DNA from: the human T2T-CHM13v2.0 reference genome, Homo sapiens
Reading direction: 5' to 3' (one strand)
Length of the DNA stretch: 64,000 nucleotides
Assembly: GCF_009914755.1 (NCBI RefSeq)
Contig: NC_060927.1
The notes beneath the pieces are model-generated. The model was not told the origin of the DNA. It ran no database searches and worked only from the letters and a program-made list of their open reading frames with translations. Below, piece by piece: positions 41,261 through 54,368 of this stretch (position 1 is the stretch's first letter; every line of letters begins with the position of its first letter). A program made the translations under genes and the position numbers.

Positions 41261-42404
41261 GAACAGGCAGCCATTTTCAAATCACAAAATTATTTCTCAT
41301 CAGGCAATACACAGCAAACACACTGCAGATAATGCCATGTTGAGTTAGAATTTCAAAGGTCTGAAAAGGGTTTCTTTCTTAGTCGTGATTTCAGCAAGGC
41401 CTCCAGAAAGTTACAGAACAATCACTGTTTGATCCCCTTTATGTAGCTCATACCTATTCTGATTCTGAGGATTTTCACCAGCTCTTCCTTCTAGTTACCT
41501 GAAGTATTGCCTTTAGTGTCACCTGCATTGATGTTTCACTTAGCCCTGAAAACCACCCTCTTAAGATACTTTTAGCTTCTTTTCTCTGATGTTGCTACTT
41601 AGGTGAGGCTCTGTTCTGCTCATCCTATCCCCATCTCTTTGTCATGGGCTTTTTCTAAATAGGAGACCTAGAGTTCCAGAACATGAAAGTGACCATGGCT
41701 GTATAACCTATAGGTGGTTACCGAGTAGTAAGGGCAGTATCTTTTTGGTTCCATGGCTGCCACTCAGTCCAAGACTTTATCATCATAAAGTTATTACAGT
41801 TCCACGGCCACAGCCTCCTCACTCCCTCCCCTCCTGACTCAATCTGCATACCCTTGCCAGATGGGTCTTCTTCAAACACAATTTTTCACACATTTTCCCT
41901 TGTCAAAAACCTTTAATGAATCCCTTGCCCCAAGATTAAGCCTAAAGTCTAGCATTCAATTTCTTTATGACCTGCCCCCTATTGACCTTTCTGCTCCTGC
42001 CTCTGTGCTTACATATACTGTCTGCTCTAACCATAATGGAGAGCTCACCATTTTCTGGCTTCTCTCTTCTAATCTCTATTCCTTTGCACATTCCCATTTC
42101 TCTGCCTCAGACACCTTCCAGATAATCTTTACTTCTTTGAACCCTAGATTTCCTTTACAATTGAGGCAGGAGGACTCTAATGTGTCCACCTTCAATGCAA
42201 TTTTGAATGCTGGCCACTTGTGAGGATGTTGTATTCATCTGTTATTTGGAATATTTTAAATTAGTATCCTTTCTTTTTATATTCCCAATTATTTTATTTC
42301 CAAATAGACTGTTAGCTTGTATGTATAAACAACATACATATCTTGCTAAATTATATGGTACCGAAGTTTGGAACTCTGAGAAGCAAAATACTGTAACATG
42401 AAAA

Positions 42405-42605
42405 CATGAGGATTAGACTCAAATAGATTAAAACTCTGATCCTGGCTCTTATGAACTGTGTGCCTCTAGATGAGTTACCTAGACTCTCTGAATCTCAGTT
42501 CCTTCATTTTTAAAATATGGATAACAGCTTTCTATCTTAGAAGGCTGTTGTAAGAACTAAATGGCATAATGAATTAAATGTCCACAATAAATTAGAGCTA
42601 TTAGG
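42405..42605 (+). mobile_element. MIR
   Basis: 'atcctggctct...gagttaccta.actctctgaatctcagttccttcat.ttaaaatatggataac'. Confidence 0.75.
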
Positions 42606-43194
42606 ATATTAAATCTATCTTGTACTTTCAAAGCTGAGCATAGTGACTGGTAAATAGTTGACATTTAATAGACATTAATCGAATTAAACTGCATTTATGC
42701 TTTCAACATTTAGCTCTGGCTACTGCCCCTACTGATATGAGATAATGAATCTTCCAACTTAGTTGCACTCTTTAAAATCAAGAATAAAGGCTGTTAAGAA
42801 CTTAAAGATTAATATTATAAACGTTTATATCATTATTAAAAATATCTTCAGTTATGAACATGTAGATCTAAGTGGAATGTAGACCTTAATGGAGTTTAAG
42901 TGATGGGAAAGATTCTTGACAGACCAGTTAAGATGTGCCTGCAGATGTTGCGAACTGAATACAAGAGAAACAAGTGTCACATAAATTTCAGTAAAAGGAA
43001 GAACTTGCCTATAGAAAGGAAGGTTTTAGGGAGAAGAGAATGCGAAGGAGAAGAAGAGCTTCAGAAGTTGGGGAGGGAGATTGTTATAGTGGGGACAATG
43101 AAGATAGAGGACACTTGGGTTCTAGTTCAATTTTTAGCTTAAAACTAGCTCTTCACATTGGACTCTTCTTTCAAGTCCAGGGGGTTGGACTAAA

Positions 43195-43880
43195 TCATGA
43201 TTTTACAAACTTCAGTCATCTGGGAACCATCTTGATTTTTTCTATATCTGAGAACCATGTTGTTGTGCCGAATCTCTATTAACCTCAATAGGGAAGGCTC
43301 CTGGTTCAAGATGCTAAAGAAGAGACCCAAAGCCAGCAAATGAGACATGTAGTTTTATTAGGGACTTATGTACGGGGGAGAGAGTCCAGCGGCAGTGGAC
43401 TAGACAGGAGAACAACTTTGCATACAGTACAGTGATGGCAGGCTGGACAATGTATCCGCCTTTCATACAGTGCAGTGGTGATGGAATAGACAAAATAACT
43501 GCAAGGCCCAATGGTAATGGGCTGGAGAGAAAAACTGCAACCACCTGCAAACAGCATGCAGTTTATAATGTATTTCCACTTGACACTTTCCTCCTAATGA
43601 CTTCCACCTGGCAATCTTCATTTAACCCAAAACTCAGGGCATCAATCCTCTGTATGGCCCATGTTCCATGGGACAAGCTGGGGGCTCAAATGTTCCTCAT
43701 AGACAAGAAATGAATCTCTGGGTTGTCCACTCCCATATTCCCTAGCTCAGAACACACATTTAGGTGCATCTGCCATACAGGGTCATTCTAAGGGTATGCT
43801 TAAGTTATTGCCATCAGGTGTGTTTATCCTACAACCATGACCTATTATTTACTTAATATTTTCTTCAAATTGATTCACTT
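43195..43880 (+). mobile_element. hAT-Charlie relic (MER113-like), left part, split by MER66; continues 52395-~52770
   Basis: 'caaacttcagtcat...tattatttacttaatattttcttcaaattgattcactt' resumes after the L1 as 'taactcaaataaattt...aaaggaaact...aaaaagggagatt'. Confidence 0.6.
43258..43833 (-). mobile_element. MER66-like ERV1 solo LTR
   Basis: Minus-strand start 'tgtaggataaacacacctgatggcaataacttaagcataccc..gaatgaccctgtatggcagatgcacc'. AATAAA on the minus strand. 4-bp TSD acca. Confidence 0.8.
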
Positions 43881-45507
43881 GAATCACTGGGAGGGTGGAA
43901 AAAGATGGCCAAACAGAAGCCACTTCCAATAGTCCTCCCCTCAGAGAATGACTGAACCAAATTGAACAGCTATCCACAAAATCGACCAATTATCCACACA
44001 AAAAAGCACCTTCCCAAGAACCAAAAATGAGGTGAGTTATCATAGTACCTGGTTTTAAGTTCATATCCCTGAAAAAAGCACTGAAGAGGGTAGGGAAGAC
44101 AGTCTTGAATTGCCTTCTCCATCCCCTGGAAGCAGCCACGTGGTGTGGGGGAGAATCTTTGTGCTTTGCAGAGGGAAAACATAGATCGTAGGACTTCGCG
44201 TAGGAACTCAGTGCTGCCCTGTCATTGCAGAAAGCAACACTGGGCAGAACGCAACCAGCCACCACAGAGGGTGCTTTTAGACCAGCCCTAGCTAGAGGAA
44301 ATTGCCTACCCCAGCAGTCAGAACCCAAGTTCTGTAAAGCCTTTCCACTGTGGGCCAAAGCGCTCTGGAGTCCTAAATAAACTTGAAAGGCAATCTAGGC
44401 CACAAGAACTGCAATTCCTGAGCAAGTCCTGGTGCTGTACTGGGCTCAAAGCCAGTGGACCTGGGTTTGGGGGGCACATGGCCCACTGAGACACCAAACA
44501 GAGCAGCCAAGGGAGTGTTTATGTCACTGCCCGCCAACCCCGGGCAGTGCAGCTTTCATCTTCAGGAAAGACTTCTCTCCACTTGAGGAGAGGAGAGGGA
44601 AGAGTAAAGAGGACTTTGTCTTGCAGCTTAGGTACCAGCTCAACCACAGTGAGGTAGAGGACCAAAGGGGCTTCTGGGGTCCCCAATTCCAGGCCGTGGC
44701 TCTTGAACAGCATTTCTGAACCTGCCTTGGACCAGAGGGGACCCCACTCCCCTGAAGACAGTGTAACAGGCCTGGAAGCATGATTCACCACAAGCTGACC
44801 GTAGAGACAGAACTTGGGCCTTGAATGAACATTGGCAATAGGCAGTAAATGTTGTGGGCCTGGGACAATGGTGACTATGGGGACAGAATCCTTCTGCTTA
44901 ACAAAAGGGGAAGGAAGAGTGGGAGGGGCTTTGTCTTGCAGCTTGCATGCCAGGTCAGCCATAGTAGAATAGAGCACCAGGTAAATTTGTAAAGTTTCTA
45001 ACTCCATGCCCTGGCTCCCAGACTATTTCTCTGGACATGCTTCCCTGAAGAGAAGGACACAAGCTTGGCTGGCTTCACCACCTGCAGATGGTAGAACCCT
45101 AGAGTTTTGAGTAAACGTAGGCACTAGCCAGGCAGTTACTGTGTTCCTCAGGCAAGGCCCATTGTGCTGAGTTTAGCTCTGACCCAGCATAGTCCCAGTG
45201 GTGGTGGCCACAGGGGTGCTTGTGTCACCCCTCCCCCAGCTCCAGGCAGCTCAGCACAGAGAGAGCCTCTGTCTTTTGGGGGAGAAAGTAAGCAAAGAAA
45301 ACAAGAGTATCTGCCTGGTAATCCAGAAAATTCTTCAGGATTTTATCCAAGACAATCAAGGCAGTACCTCTATGAGTCTGCAAGAACCACAGCATTAGTA
45401 GGCTTGCAGTGCCCCTAATGCAGATATGGTTGCGGTGAGCAAACACTTAGATCACAACACCCAAGTCCCTTCAAATACCTATAAGGCTTTCCCAGGAAAG
45501 GCAGGTA

Positions 45508-45886
45508 TGATATGATTAGGCTTTGTGTCCCCACCTAAATCTCATTTTGAATTGTAATCCCCATAATCCCCAAGTGTCAAGGGAGAGACCAGGTGGAGGT
45601 AATTGAATCATGGGGGTGGTCTCCCCTATGCTGTTCTCCTGATAATGGGTGAGTTCTCATGAGATCACATGGTTTTATAAGGTGCTTTTCCCCCTTGGCT
45701 CAGTACTTCTCCTTCCTGCCACCTTGTGAAGACAGTGCCTTCCTTCACCTTCACCTTCCACCACGATTGTAAGTTTCTGGAGGCCTCCCCAGCCATGCTG
45801 AACTATGAGTCAATTAAATCTCTTTCCATTATAAATTACCCAGTCTTAGGTAGTTCTTTATAGCAGTATGAAAACAGGCTAATACA
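45508..45886 (+). mobile_element. THE1D solo LTR
   Basis: 'tgatatgattaggctttgtgtccccac...ctaataca'. TSD aggta/gggta. Confidence 0.92.
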
Positions 45887-46339
45887 GGGTACAAACAAGC
45901 CCAGACTGCAAAGCCTACAATAAATACCTAACTCTTCAATGAACAGACACTGATGAACATCCACAAGCATAAAGATCACCCAGGAAAACCTGACCCCAAC
46001 AGTTGAAATAAATAAGCACCAGTGACCAATCCTGGAGTGACAGAGATATATGATCTTTCAGACAGAGAATTCAAAACAACTGTTTTGAGGAAACTCAGTG
46101 AAATGTAAGATAACACAAGGAAGAAATTCAGAATCCTATCAGATAAATTTAACAAAGAAATTGAAATAATTAAAAAGAATCAAACAGAAACTCTGAAGTA
46201 GAAAAATAAAACTGACATACTGAAGAATGCATCATGGTCTTTTAATAGCAGAATTGATCAAGCAGAAGAAAGAAATAGTGAGCTTCAAGACAGGCTATTT
46301 GAAAATACACAGTCGAAGGAAACAAAAGAAAGAAGAATT

Positions 46340-46631
46340 ATTCTCAGCAAACTGTCGCAAGGACAAAAAACCAAACACCATATGTTCTCACTCATAGGTG
46401 GGAATTGAACAATGAGAACACATGGACACAGGAAGGGGAACATCACACACCGGGGACTGTTGTGGGGTGGGGGGAGGGGGGAGGGATAGCATTAGGAGAT
46501 ATACCTAATGCTAAATGACGAGTTAATGGATGCAGCACACCAACATGGCACATGTATACATATGTAACAAACCTGCATGTTGTGCACATGTACCCTAAAA
46601 GTATAATAATAATAATAATAAAAATTGGAAA
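46340..46631 (+). mobile_element. Short L1PA (PA4-like) 3' fragment inside L1MA ORF1
   Basis: L1PA 3'UTR with (AAT)n tail. TSD aaaagaaag(a/t)agaatt at 46324-46339 / 46632-46647. Confidence 0.93.
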
Positions 46632-46924
46632 AAAAGAAAGTAGAATTTTAAAAAAAAAGCATGCCTATAAGATCTAGAAAATAGCCTCAAATGAGCAAAT
46701 CTAAGAGTGATTGTCCTTAAAGAGGACATAGAGAGGGATAGGAGTAGAAATTTTGTTCAAATGGATAGTAACAGAAAGCTTCCCAAAACTTAGAGGAAGA
46801 TATCAATATTCAAGTACAAGAAAGTTACAGCACACAAAGAAGACTGAACCCAAAAAGACTACCTCAAGGCATTTAAAAATGAAACTCCCAAAGATCAAGG
46901 ATAAAGAAAGGGTTATAAAAGCAG

Positions 46925-46930
<6 letters not shown>

Positions 46931-46967
<37 letters not shown>
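46931..46967. repeat. (GA)n microsatellite in L1 ORF1
   Basis: Perfect AG run. A smaller one lies at ~48485-48523. Confidence 0.95.
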
Positions 46968-46970
<3 letters not shown>

Positions 46971-47337
46971 TGGTTCTCTAATACATCTATCAGCCCACTT
47001 CTTGGGGGAACCTTACAGGACGGGTGAGAGTGACATGACATATTTAAAGTGGTGAATGGAAAAACAAAGTAACTTGGAGTAATATATCCAGTGAAAATAT
47101 TCTTCAAACATGAAGAAGAAATACTTTCCCAGACAAACAAAAGCTAAAGGATTTCAACACCAGACCTGTCTTACAAGAAATGCTAAAGAGAGTTCTTCAA
47201 TCTGAAAGAAAAAGACATTAATGAGCTACAAGAAATCATCTAAAGGTATAAAACTCACTGGTAATACTATGCACACCAAATAACAGAATATTATAACACT
47301 GAAATTGTGGTGTATAAACTACTCATATCTTGAATAG

Positions 47338-47718
47338 TGATATGGTTTGGCTGTGCCACCACCCAAATCTTATCTTGAATTGTAGTTCCCATAATCCCCA
47401 TGTGTTGTGGAAGGGACCCAGTGAGAGGTAGTAATTGAATCATGGGGGCAGTTACCCTCATGCTGCTGTTCTCATGATAGTGAGTGAGTTCTCACGTGAT
47501 CTGATGGTTTTGTAAGGGGCTTTCCCCCCTTTGCTCAGCACTTCTCCTTGTTGCCTCCATGTAAAGAAGGACGCGCTTGCTTCCCCTTCCACCATAATTG
47601 CAAGTTTCCTGAGGCCTCCCCAGCCATGCTGAACTGTGAGTCAATTACGCTTCTTTCCTTTATAAATTACCCAGTCTCATGTATGTGTTTATTAGCAGTG
47701 TGAGAATGGACTAATACA
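47338..47718 (+). mobile_element. THE1C/D solo LTR
   Basis: 'tgatatggtttggctgtg..cacccaaatct..tcttgaattgtagttccc...ggactaataca'. TSD aatag/agtag. Confidence 0.92.
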
Positions 47719-50700
47719 AGTAGAAAGATTAAAAGATGGGCCAATCATAAATAATAACTACAGCAACTTTTAAAAATAGACAGTAAAATGAGATATAAAT
47801 AGAAACAACAAAAAGTTTAAAAGTTGAAGGATAAAGTTAGAGTTTTATTAGCTTTATATTTACCTATTTGTTAGTTTGCTTATGCAGTCACTGTTAAGTT
47901 GTCATCAGTTTAATATAATGAGTTATAAGATAGCATGTGCAAGCTTCATGGTAACCTCAGATAAAAAAAATCATACAACAGATACACAAAAAATAAAAAG
48001 CAACAAATTAAAACATATCATCAGAGAAAATCACCTTACAGAAAGAAAAGAAAGAAGGAAGACAAGACCACAAAACAACCGGAAAACAAATAACACAATG
48101 GCAAGGGTAAGTCCTTATTTATCAATAATAATTTTGAATGTAAATGGACTAAACTCCTGAAAGAGATAGTGGCTAAATGAATAAAAAAAATAAAAACAAG
48201 ACCCAGTGATCTGTGTGGCCTGTAAGAAACACACTTTACTTATAAAGACGACATGGACTGAACATAAAAGGATGGAAATAGATATTCCACGCAAATGGAA
48301 ACCAAAAAAAGAGCAGGAATAGCTATATTTACATCAGACACAATAGATTTTAACATAAAAACTATAAACAGAGACAAAGAAGGCCATTATATAATGATAA
48401 AGGAGTTAATTCAGCAAGAAGGCACAATAATTTAAACATATATGCATGCAATATTTGAGCACCCAGATTTACAAAGCAAATATTAGAGAGAGAGAAAAAA
48501 AAAAGAGAAAGAGAGAGAGAGAGACTCCAGTACAATAATAGCTGGAGACTTCAACATCCCACTTCCAGCACTGGATAGATCATTCAGACAGAAAATCAAC
48601 AAAGAAACATTGGGCTTATTCTGCACTATAGACCTAATGGATCTAATAGATATTTACAGAACATTTCATCCAATGGTTGCAGAATACATATTCTTCTCCT
48701 CAGCACATTAATCATTCTCAAGGATAGACCATATGTTAGGTCACAAAATGAGTCTTAAAACATTCAAAAAAATTGAAATAATATCAAGTATCCTCTCTGA
48801 CCACAATGGGATAAAACTAAACATTAATAAAGAGAGAACTTTTTGAAACTATAGAAACACCTAGAAATTAAACAATACGCTCCTGAATGACCAGTGGATC
48901 AATGAAGAAATCAGGAAGGAAATTTAAAAACTTCTTGAGACCAATGAAAATGGAAACACAACATACCAAAATTTATGGGATACTTTGAAAGCAGTACTAA
49001 GAAGAAAGTTTATAGCTATAAGTGCCTACATCAAAATAGTAAAAAGACTTCAAATAACCTAACAATGCATCTGAAGAAACTAGAAAAGCAAGAGCAAACC
49101 AAACCTAAAATTAGTGGAAGATAACAAATAATAAAGATCAGATCAGAAATAAGTGAAATTGAAATCTTAAAAATACCAAAGATCAGCAAAATGAAAAGTT
49201 AGTTTTTCTGAAAACATAAACAAGAGCATCAACAAACCTTTAACCAGACTAAGAAAAAAAAGAGAGAAGACCTAAGTAAAAAAAAATCAGAGGTGAAAAA
49301 GGAGATGTTACAACCAATTCCACAGAAAATCAAAGAATCATTAGAGGCTACTATTAGCAACTATCTGCAAATAAATTGGAAAACCTAGAAGAAATGGATA
49401 AATTCCTAGACACTTACAACCTACTAAGGTTGAACCATGAAGAATCCAAAGCCTGAACAAATAACAAGTAATGATATTGATACAGTAATAAAATGTCTCC
49501 CAGCAAAAATCTGAGACCTAATAAAGTTCACTGTTGAACCTTAGCAAACATTTAAAGAACTAACACCAATCCTATTCAAATGATTCTGAAAATATGGAGG
49601 AGGAGGGAATACTTCCAAACTGATTCTACAAGGCCAATATTACCCTGATACCAAAACCAGAAAAAGACACATCAAAAAATGAAAACTACAGGCCAATGTT
49701 CCTGATGAATATTGATGCAAAATTCCCAACAAAATAATAGCAAACTAAATTCAAGAACACATTAAAAATTTCATTCATCATGATCAAGTGGGATTTATCC
49801 CAGAGATGCAAGGATAATTCAACATATGCAAGTCAATTAATATAATACATCATGTCAATGGAATGAAGGAGGAGAAACCATACGATCATTTCTAATGCTG
49901 AAAAAGCATTTGATAAAATTCAACATCCCTTCATAATAAAAACCCTAATAATACTGACTATAGACGAAACATACCTCAACATAATAAAAGCCAAACATAA
50001 CAGACCCACAGATGGTATCACATTGAATGAGGAAAAATGGAAAGCCTTTCCTCTAAGATCTGGAACACAACAAAGATGCCCACTGTCACCACTGTTATTT
50101 AATATAGTACTGGAAGTCCTAGCTAGAGCAATGAGAGAAGAGAAAGAAATAAAGGGCATCCAAATTGGTAGAGAAGAAGTCAAATTATCCTTGTTTTCAG
50201 ATGATATGATCTTATATTGGGAAAAACCTAAAGACTTTATTTAAAGAAAACAATTAGAATCAATAAATTCAGCAAAGTTGTAGGATACAAAATCAACATA
50301 TAAAAATCTGAAGCATTTCTACATGCCAACGGCATACAACCTGAAAAAGACATCAAGAATGTAATCCCATTTACAATAGCTATAAATAAAATAAAATACA
50401 TAGGAATTAACTTAACCAAGGAAGTGAAAGATTTCTACAATGAAAACTATACAACATTAATTAAAGACATGAAAAAGGACACACAAAAAATGGAAAGATA
50501 TTCCATGTTCATGGATTAGAAGAATCAGTATTGTTTAAATGTCCATGCTACCCAAAGCAATTTATAGATTCAGTGCAATCCCTATTAAAAAAATGACATT
50601 CCTCAAAGAAATAGAAAAAAAATCATAATATTTATATAGACTTTCTAAAGACTCAGAATAGCCAAAGACATCCTGAGTAAAAAGAACAAACCTAGAGTAA

Positions 50701-51492
50701 TCACATTATTTGTCTTTAAATTATTCTAGAGAGCTACTGTAATCAAAACGACATGGTACTGGCTTAAAATAGATACACTGACCAATGGGAAAGAATAGAA
50801 AGCCCAGAAACAAATCCATACACCTATAGCAAACTCATTTTCAACAAAGGTTCCAAAAGGATACACTGGGGAAAGGACATTCTCTTCAATAAATGGTGCT
50901 GGGAAAACTGAATGCCTGTATGCCAAAGAATAAAACCAGACCCTTATCCCTTGCCAGGTACAAAAATAAAATCAAAATGGATTAAATACTTAAATCTAAG
51001 CCTTTAAACCATGAAACTATTAAAACATTAGGGAAACTCTCTAGGACATTGAACTGGGCAATGATTTCTTTAATAATACTGCACAAGCACAGGCAACCAA
51101 AACAAAAATGGACAAGTGAGATCACATCAAGTTAAAAACCTTCTGCATAGCATAGGAAACAATCAACAAAGTGAAGAGACAAACCACAGAATGGGTGAAA
51201 ATATCTGCAAACTACCCATCTGACAAGCGATTAATAACCAGAATATATAAGGAGTTCAGATAACTCAATAGGAAACAGATCTAATAATCTGATTTACAAA
51301 ATGAGCAAAAGCTCTGAATAGACATTTTTTAAAAGAAGACATACAAATGACAAACAGGCATATGAAAAGGTGCTAAACATCACTGATCATCAGAAAAATC
51401 CAAATGAAAACTACAATGAGATCATCTCACCCCAGTTAAAATGGCTTATATCCAAAAGACAGGCACAATATCAAATGCTGGTGAGGATGTGG

Positions 51493-51682
51493 GAAAAAAG
51501 GCAATGCTCGTACACCGTTGGCAAGAATGTAAATTAGTACAACTACCATGGAGAACAGTTTGGAGGTTTCTCAAAAAACTAAAAATAGAAAAAAGGCAAT
51601 GCTCGTACACTGTTGGTGAGAATGTAAATTAGTACAACTACCATGGAGAACAGTTTGGAGGTTTCTCAAAAAACTAAAAATA
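51493..51682. repeat. 95-bp tandem duplication in L1MA ORF2
   Basis: 51493-51587 and 51588-51682 differ at 3 positions. Confidence 0.95.
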
Positions 51683-53258
51683 GAGCTACCATATGATCCA
51701 GCAATCCCACTGCTAGGCATATACCTAAAGGAAAGGAAATCAGTATACTGATGACATATCTTGTACTCACATGTTTGTTGCAGCACTGTTCACAATAGCC
51801 AACATTTGGAAGCAACTGCTGTGTCCATCAGCAAACAAATGGATAAAGAAAAGGTGGTCCATATACACAATGGAATAGTATTCAGCCATAAAAAGAATGA
51901 GATTCTGTCATTTGTAACAACATGGATAGAACTGGAGGACGTTATGTTAAGTGAAATAAGCCAGGAACAGAAAGATAAACTTCACATGCCCTCACTTATT
52001 TGTGGGAGCTAAAAATTAGAACAACTGAACTAATGGAGATAGTAGGATGATGGTTACCAGAGTCTGGGAAAGGTAGTGAGGGGTGGGGAGTGGGGATGGT
52101 TAACAGGTACAAAAATATAATTAGATATAATGAATAAAATCTAGTATTTGATAGCACAACAGGGTGACTACAGTCAACAATAATTTATTGTACATTTTGA
52201 AATAACTAAAAGAATATAATTGGATTGTTTGTACACACAAAAGGATAACCACCTGAGGTGATGAATACCTCTTTTATCCTCATGTGATTTTTATGCATAG
52301 TATACCTTTATAAAAGTATCTCATGTACCCCATGAATGTATAGACCTACTATGTACCCACAAAAATTAAAAATTAAAAAGAAATGGAGTCACTTTAACTC
52401 AAATAAATTTGTTATCAAAGGAAACTAGGTGTCATTACCATAAGGAGAAAACCAGAATCCGTTGTTATAAATACAAGAAAACTGTGAAAATAAACAAAAG
52501 CAGAGCTATCTTAGCTAGACAAGAAAGATTCCAGCCTGAATCTGCCTTCACTTTGATAAAAAGGGAGATTGTCTGGTATTAGAGAGATATTAGAGAAAAA
52601 CAGCATCAAACTAAGATTCCTCCTTCATGTAGTCAGAATATATCGAAAGAAAATTGAAAAGGCAGTGACTTCCTCACTCACTCATTGTCAGTTATTGCCC
52701 TGCCCCCGCCCCTATCAGGCTCCTTTGGACTCTCAGCAATGGTACATTCAGTCACACTTAGCATATGGCGAACAGAGCAAAAGTGAAAAGTTTGTTTCAA
52801 AAGTCACAGGCCAGGGTATAGTATAACAAAATACTTATGGTTACATAATAGTTTTGTTTCCTAAAGAGAATTTCATCTGACAATTTTAAGAAACTGTGTT
52901 TGCAGAATCTCTGAACTATCTCGGTAATCAATTAGAAAATAGCAATCAAAATACCTCACTTTTGGAGCTTGCTTCCCACCTCCCCCCTACCCCTGCCCCC
53001 CTCCAAAAAAAAGCACTTTATCCCATTTGATAATCTGTGGGTGAGAAGAAATGTATATCAACTCTGGAACAAATCTGAGTAAGTTGAAATCCAAATTCCT
53101 CTCTCTCTAGGTCTATTGCCTTAAAAAATCATTTAATGTCATTTATTTCTATTTCATCATTTGAAAAAGGAGATTAATAAGCCTTACTAATTGTTGTAAG
53201 AATTAGAAGTAATGCATGTAAAGAAACTAACACCTAATGTGATTTTAAAACTTACAGA

Positions 53259-54368
53259 CTCTCTGCTCTTCCCATTTGACAGACAGACACATCTTCTCAT
53301 ACAGGGACAGCGGAAGCATCGTTGAGACACATGCTGAAGTGATGGCAATGTGGATGTCGTTGCCATCACTGACCCCTTTGTTAACATCAAGTACATTGTC
53401 TATGTGTTCTAGTATGATTCCACCAAATAACAAGTTCAACGGCATAGCCAAGACTGAGAACCAAAAGGTTGTTATAAATGAAAAACCCATTTCCATCTTC
53501 TAAAAGTGAGATCCTGACATGAAATGGGGTAATTCTTGTAATGAATTTGTTGTGGAATCTACTGTGTCTTCATTTTCTTGTAAAAGTCTGACTTCATATG
53601 AAGGGTGGAGCCAATAGGGTCATCATCTTTGTCCCGTCTGCTGATGTCCCCATATTTATGAGCATGAATGATGAGAAGTGTGACAACTCCCTCAAGATTG
53701 TCAGCAATTCCTCCTGCACTACCAAGTGCTTAGCCCTCCTGGCCAATGTCATCAATAACAATTTTGGCATCACGGAGAGACTCAAGATCACAATCCATGC
53801 CATCACTGCCACCAAGAAGACTGGGAAGGCCTCTCTGGGAAACTGTGTTGTGACAGCCATGAGGCTAGCCAGAACTTCATGCCTGCCTCTACTGATGCTT
53901 CCAAGGCTGTAGGCAAGGTCATCTCTGAGCTGAATGGAAAGCTCAGTGGCATGGCCTTCTGTGTCCCCATCCCCAGGCTGTGTCTCCAGCTTTCTATGGA
54001 CTGTCCAGAGAAAGCTGCCAAATGTGATGACTCCAAGAAGGTGATGAAGCAGACATTGGATATTCTCCTAAAGGGCATCCTGGGCTACACCGAGGACCTG
54101 GTTGTCTCCTAGACTCTAACAGTGACACCTACTCTTCTACCTTCCATGCTGGGACTGGCATTGCCCTAACAACCACTTTGACTAGTTCATTTCCTGGTAT
54201 GACAATGAATTTGGCTACAGTAGCAAGGTGGCAGACTTTATGGACCACATGTCCTCCAAGGAGTGAGAGCCTCCTGGACCACTAGCCTCAGTTAGAGGAT
54301 AAGAAAAAGAGAGAGACCCTCAGGTGCTGGGGAGTCCTTGACCCAGTTCAATCCCCCAACACACTGTG
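53259..54368 (+). pseudogene. GAPDHP: Processed GAPDH pseudogene (5'UTR to partial 3'UTR; frameshifts, stops, early internal deletion)
   Basis: GAPDH-like 5'UTR 'ctctctgctctt..ttgacagacag..catcttc' and ATG at 53331. Peptides [31 protein letters not shown] (parent ASCTTNCLA) and [29 protein letters not shown] region present. Stop at 54264-54266 after SKE. Intronless. Confidence 0.96.

Larger units (their letters stand above)
43881..52380 (+). mobile_element. Full-length degenerate L1MA2/3 with nested insertions
   Basis: 5' 'gagggtggaaaaagatggcc', ~2-kb 5'UTR, ORF1 remnants, EN start (MARVSPYLSIIILNVNGLNS) and RT ([29 protein letters not shown]). L1MA-type 3'UTR 'gtatttgatagcacaacagggtgactacagtcaacaat'. 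TSD aaattgattcactt 43867-43880 / aaatggagtcactt 52381-52394. Confidence 0.92.

Noticed and set aside
44519-45007. Longest ORF in the track (162 aa) with an internal repeat
   Set aside because: It is antisense to the L1MA 5'UTR, and the repeat reflects that UTR's ~320-bp duplicated module.
46625-46628. 'ttgg' within the L1PA tail as a 3' transduction
   Set aside because: Too short to distinguish from tail mutation.
45508-47718. Two THE1 LTRs as the ends of one provirus
   Set aside because: The sequence between them is L1 ORF1, and each LTR has its own distinct TSD.
53598-54112. GAPDH-like ORFs as a functional retrogene
   Set aside because: Frameshifts, stops, loss of the NAD-binding motif and many substitutions.
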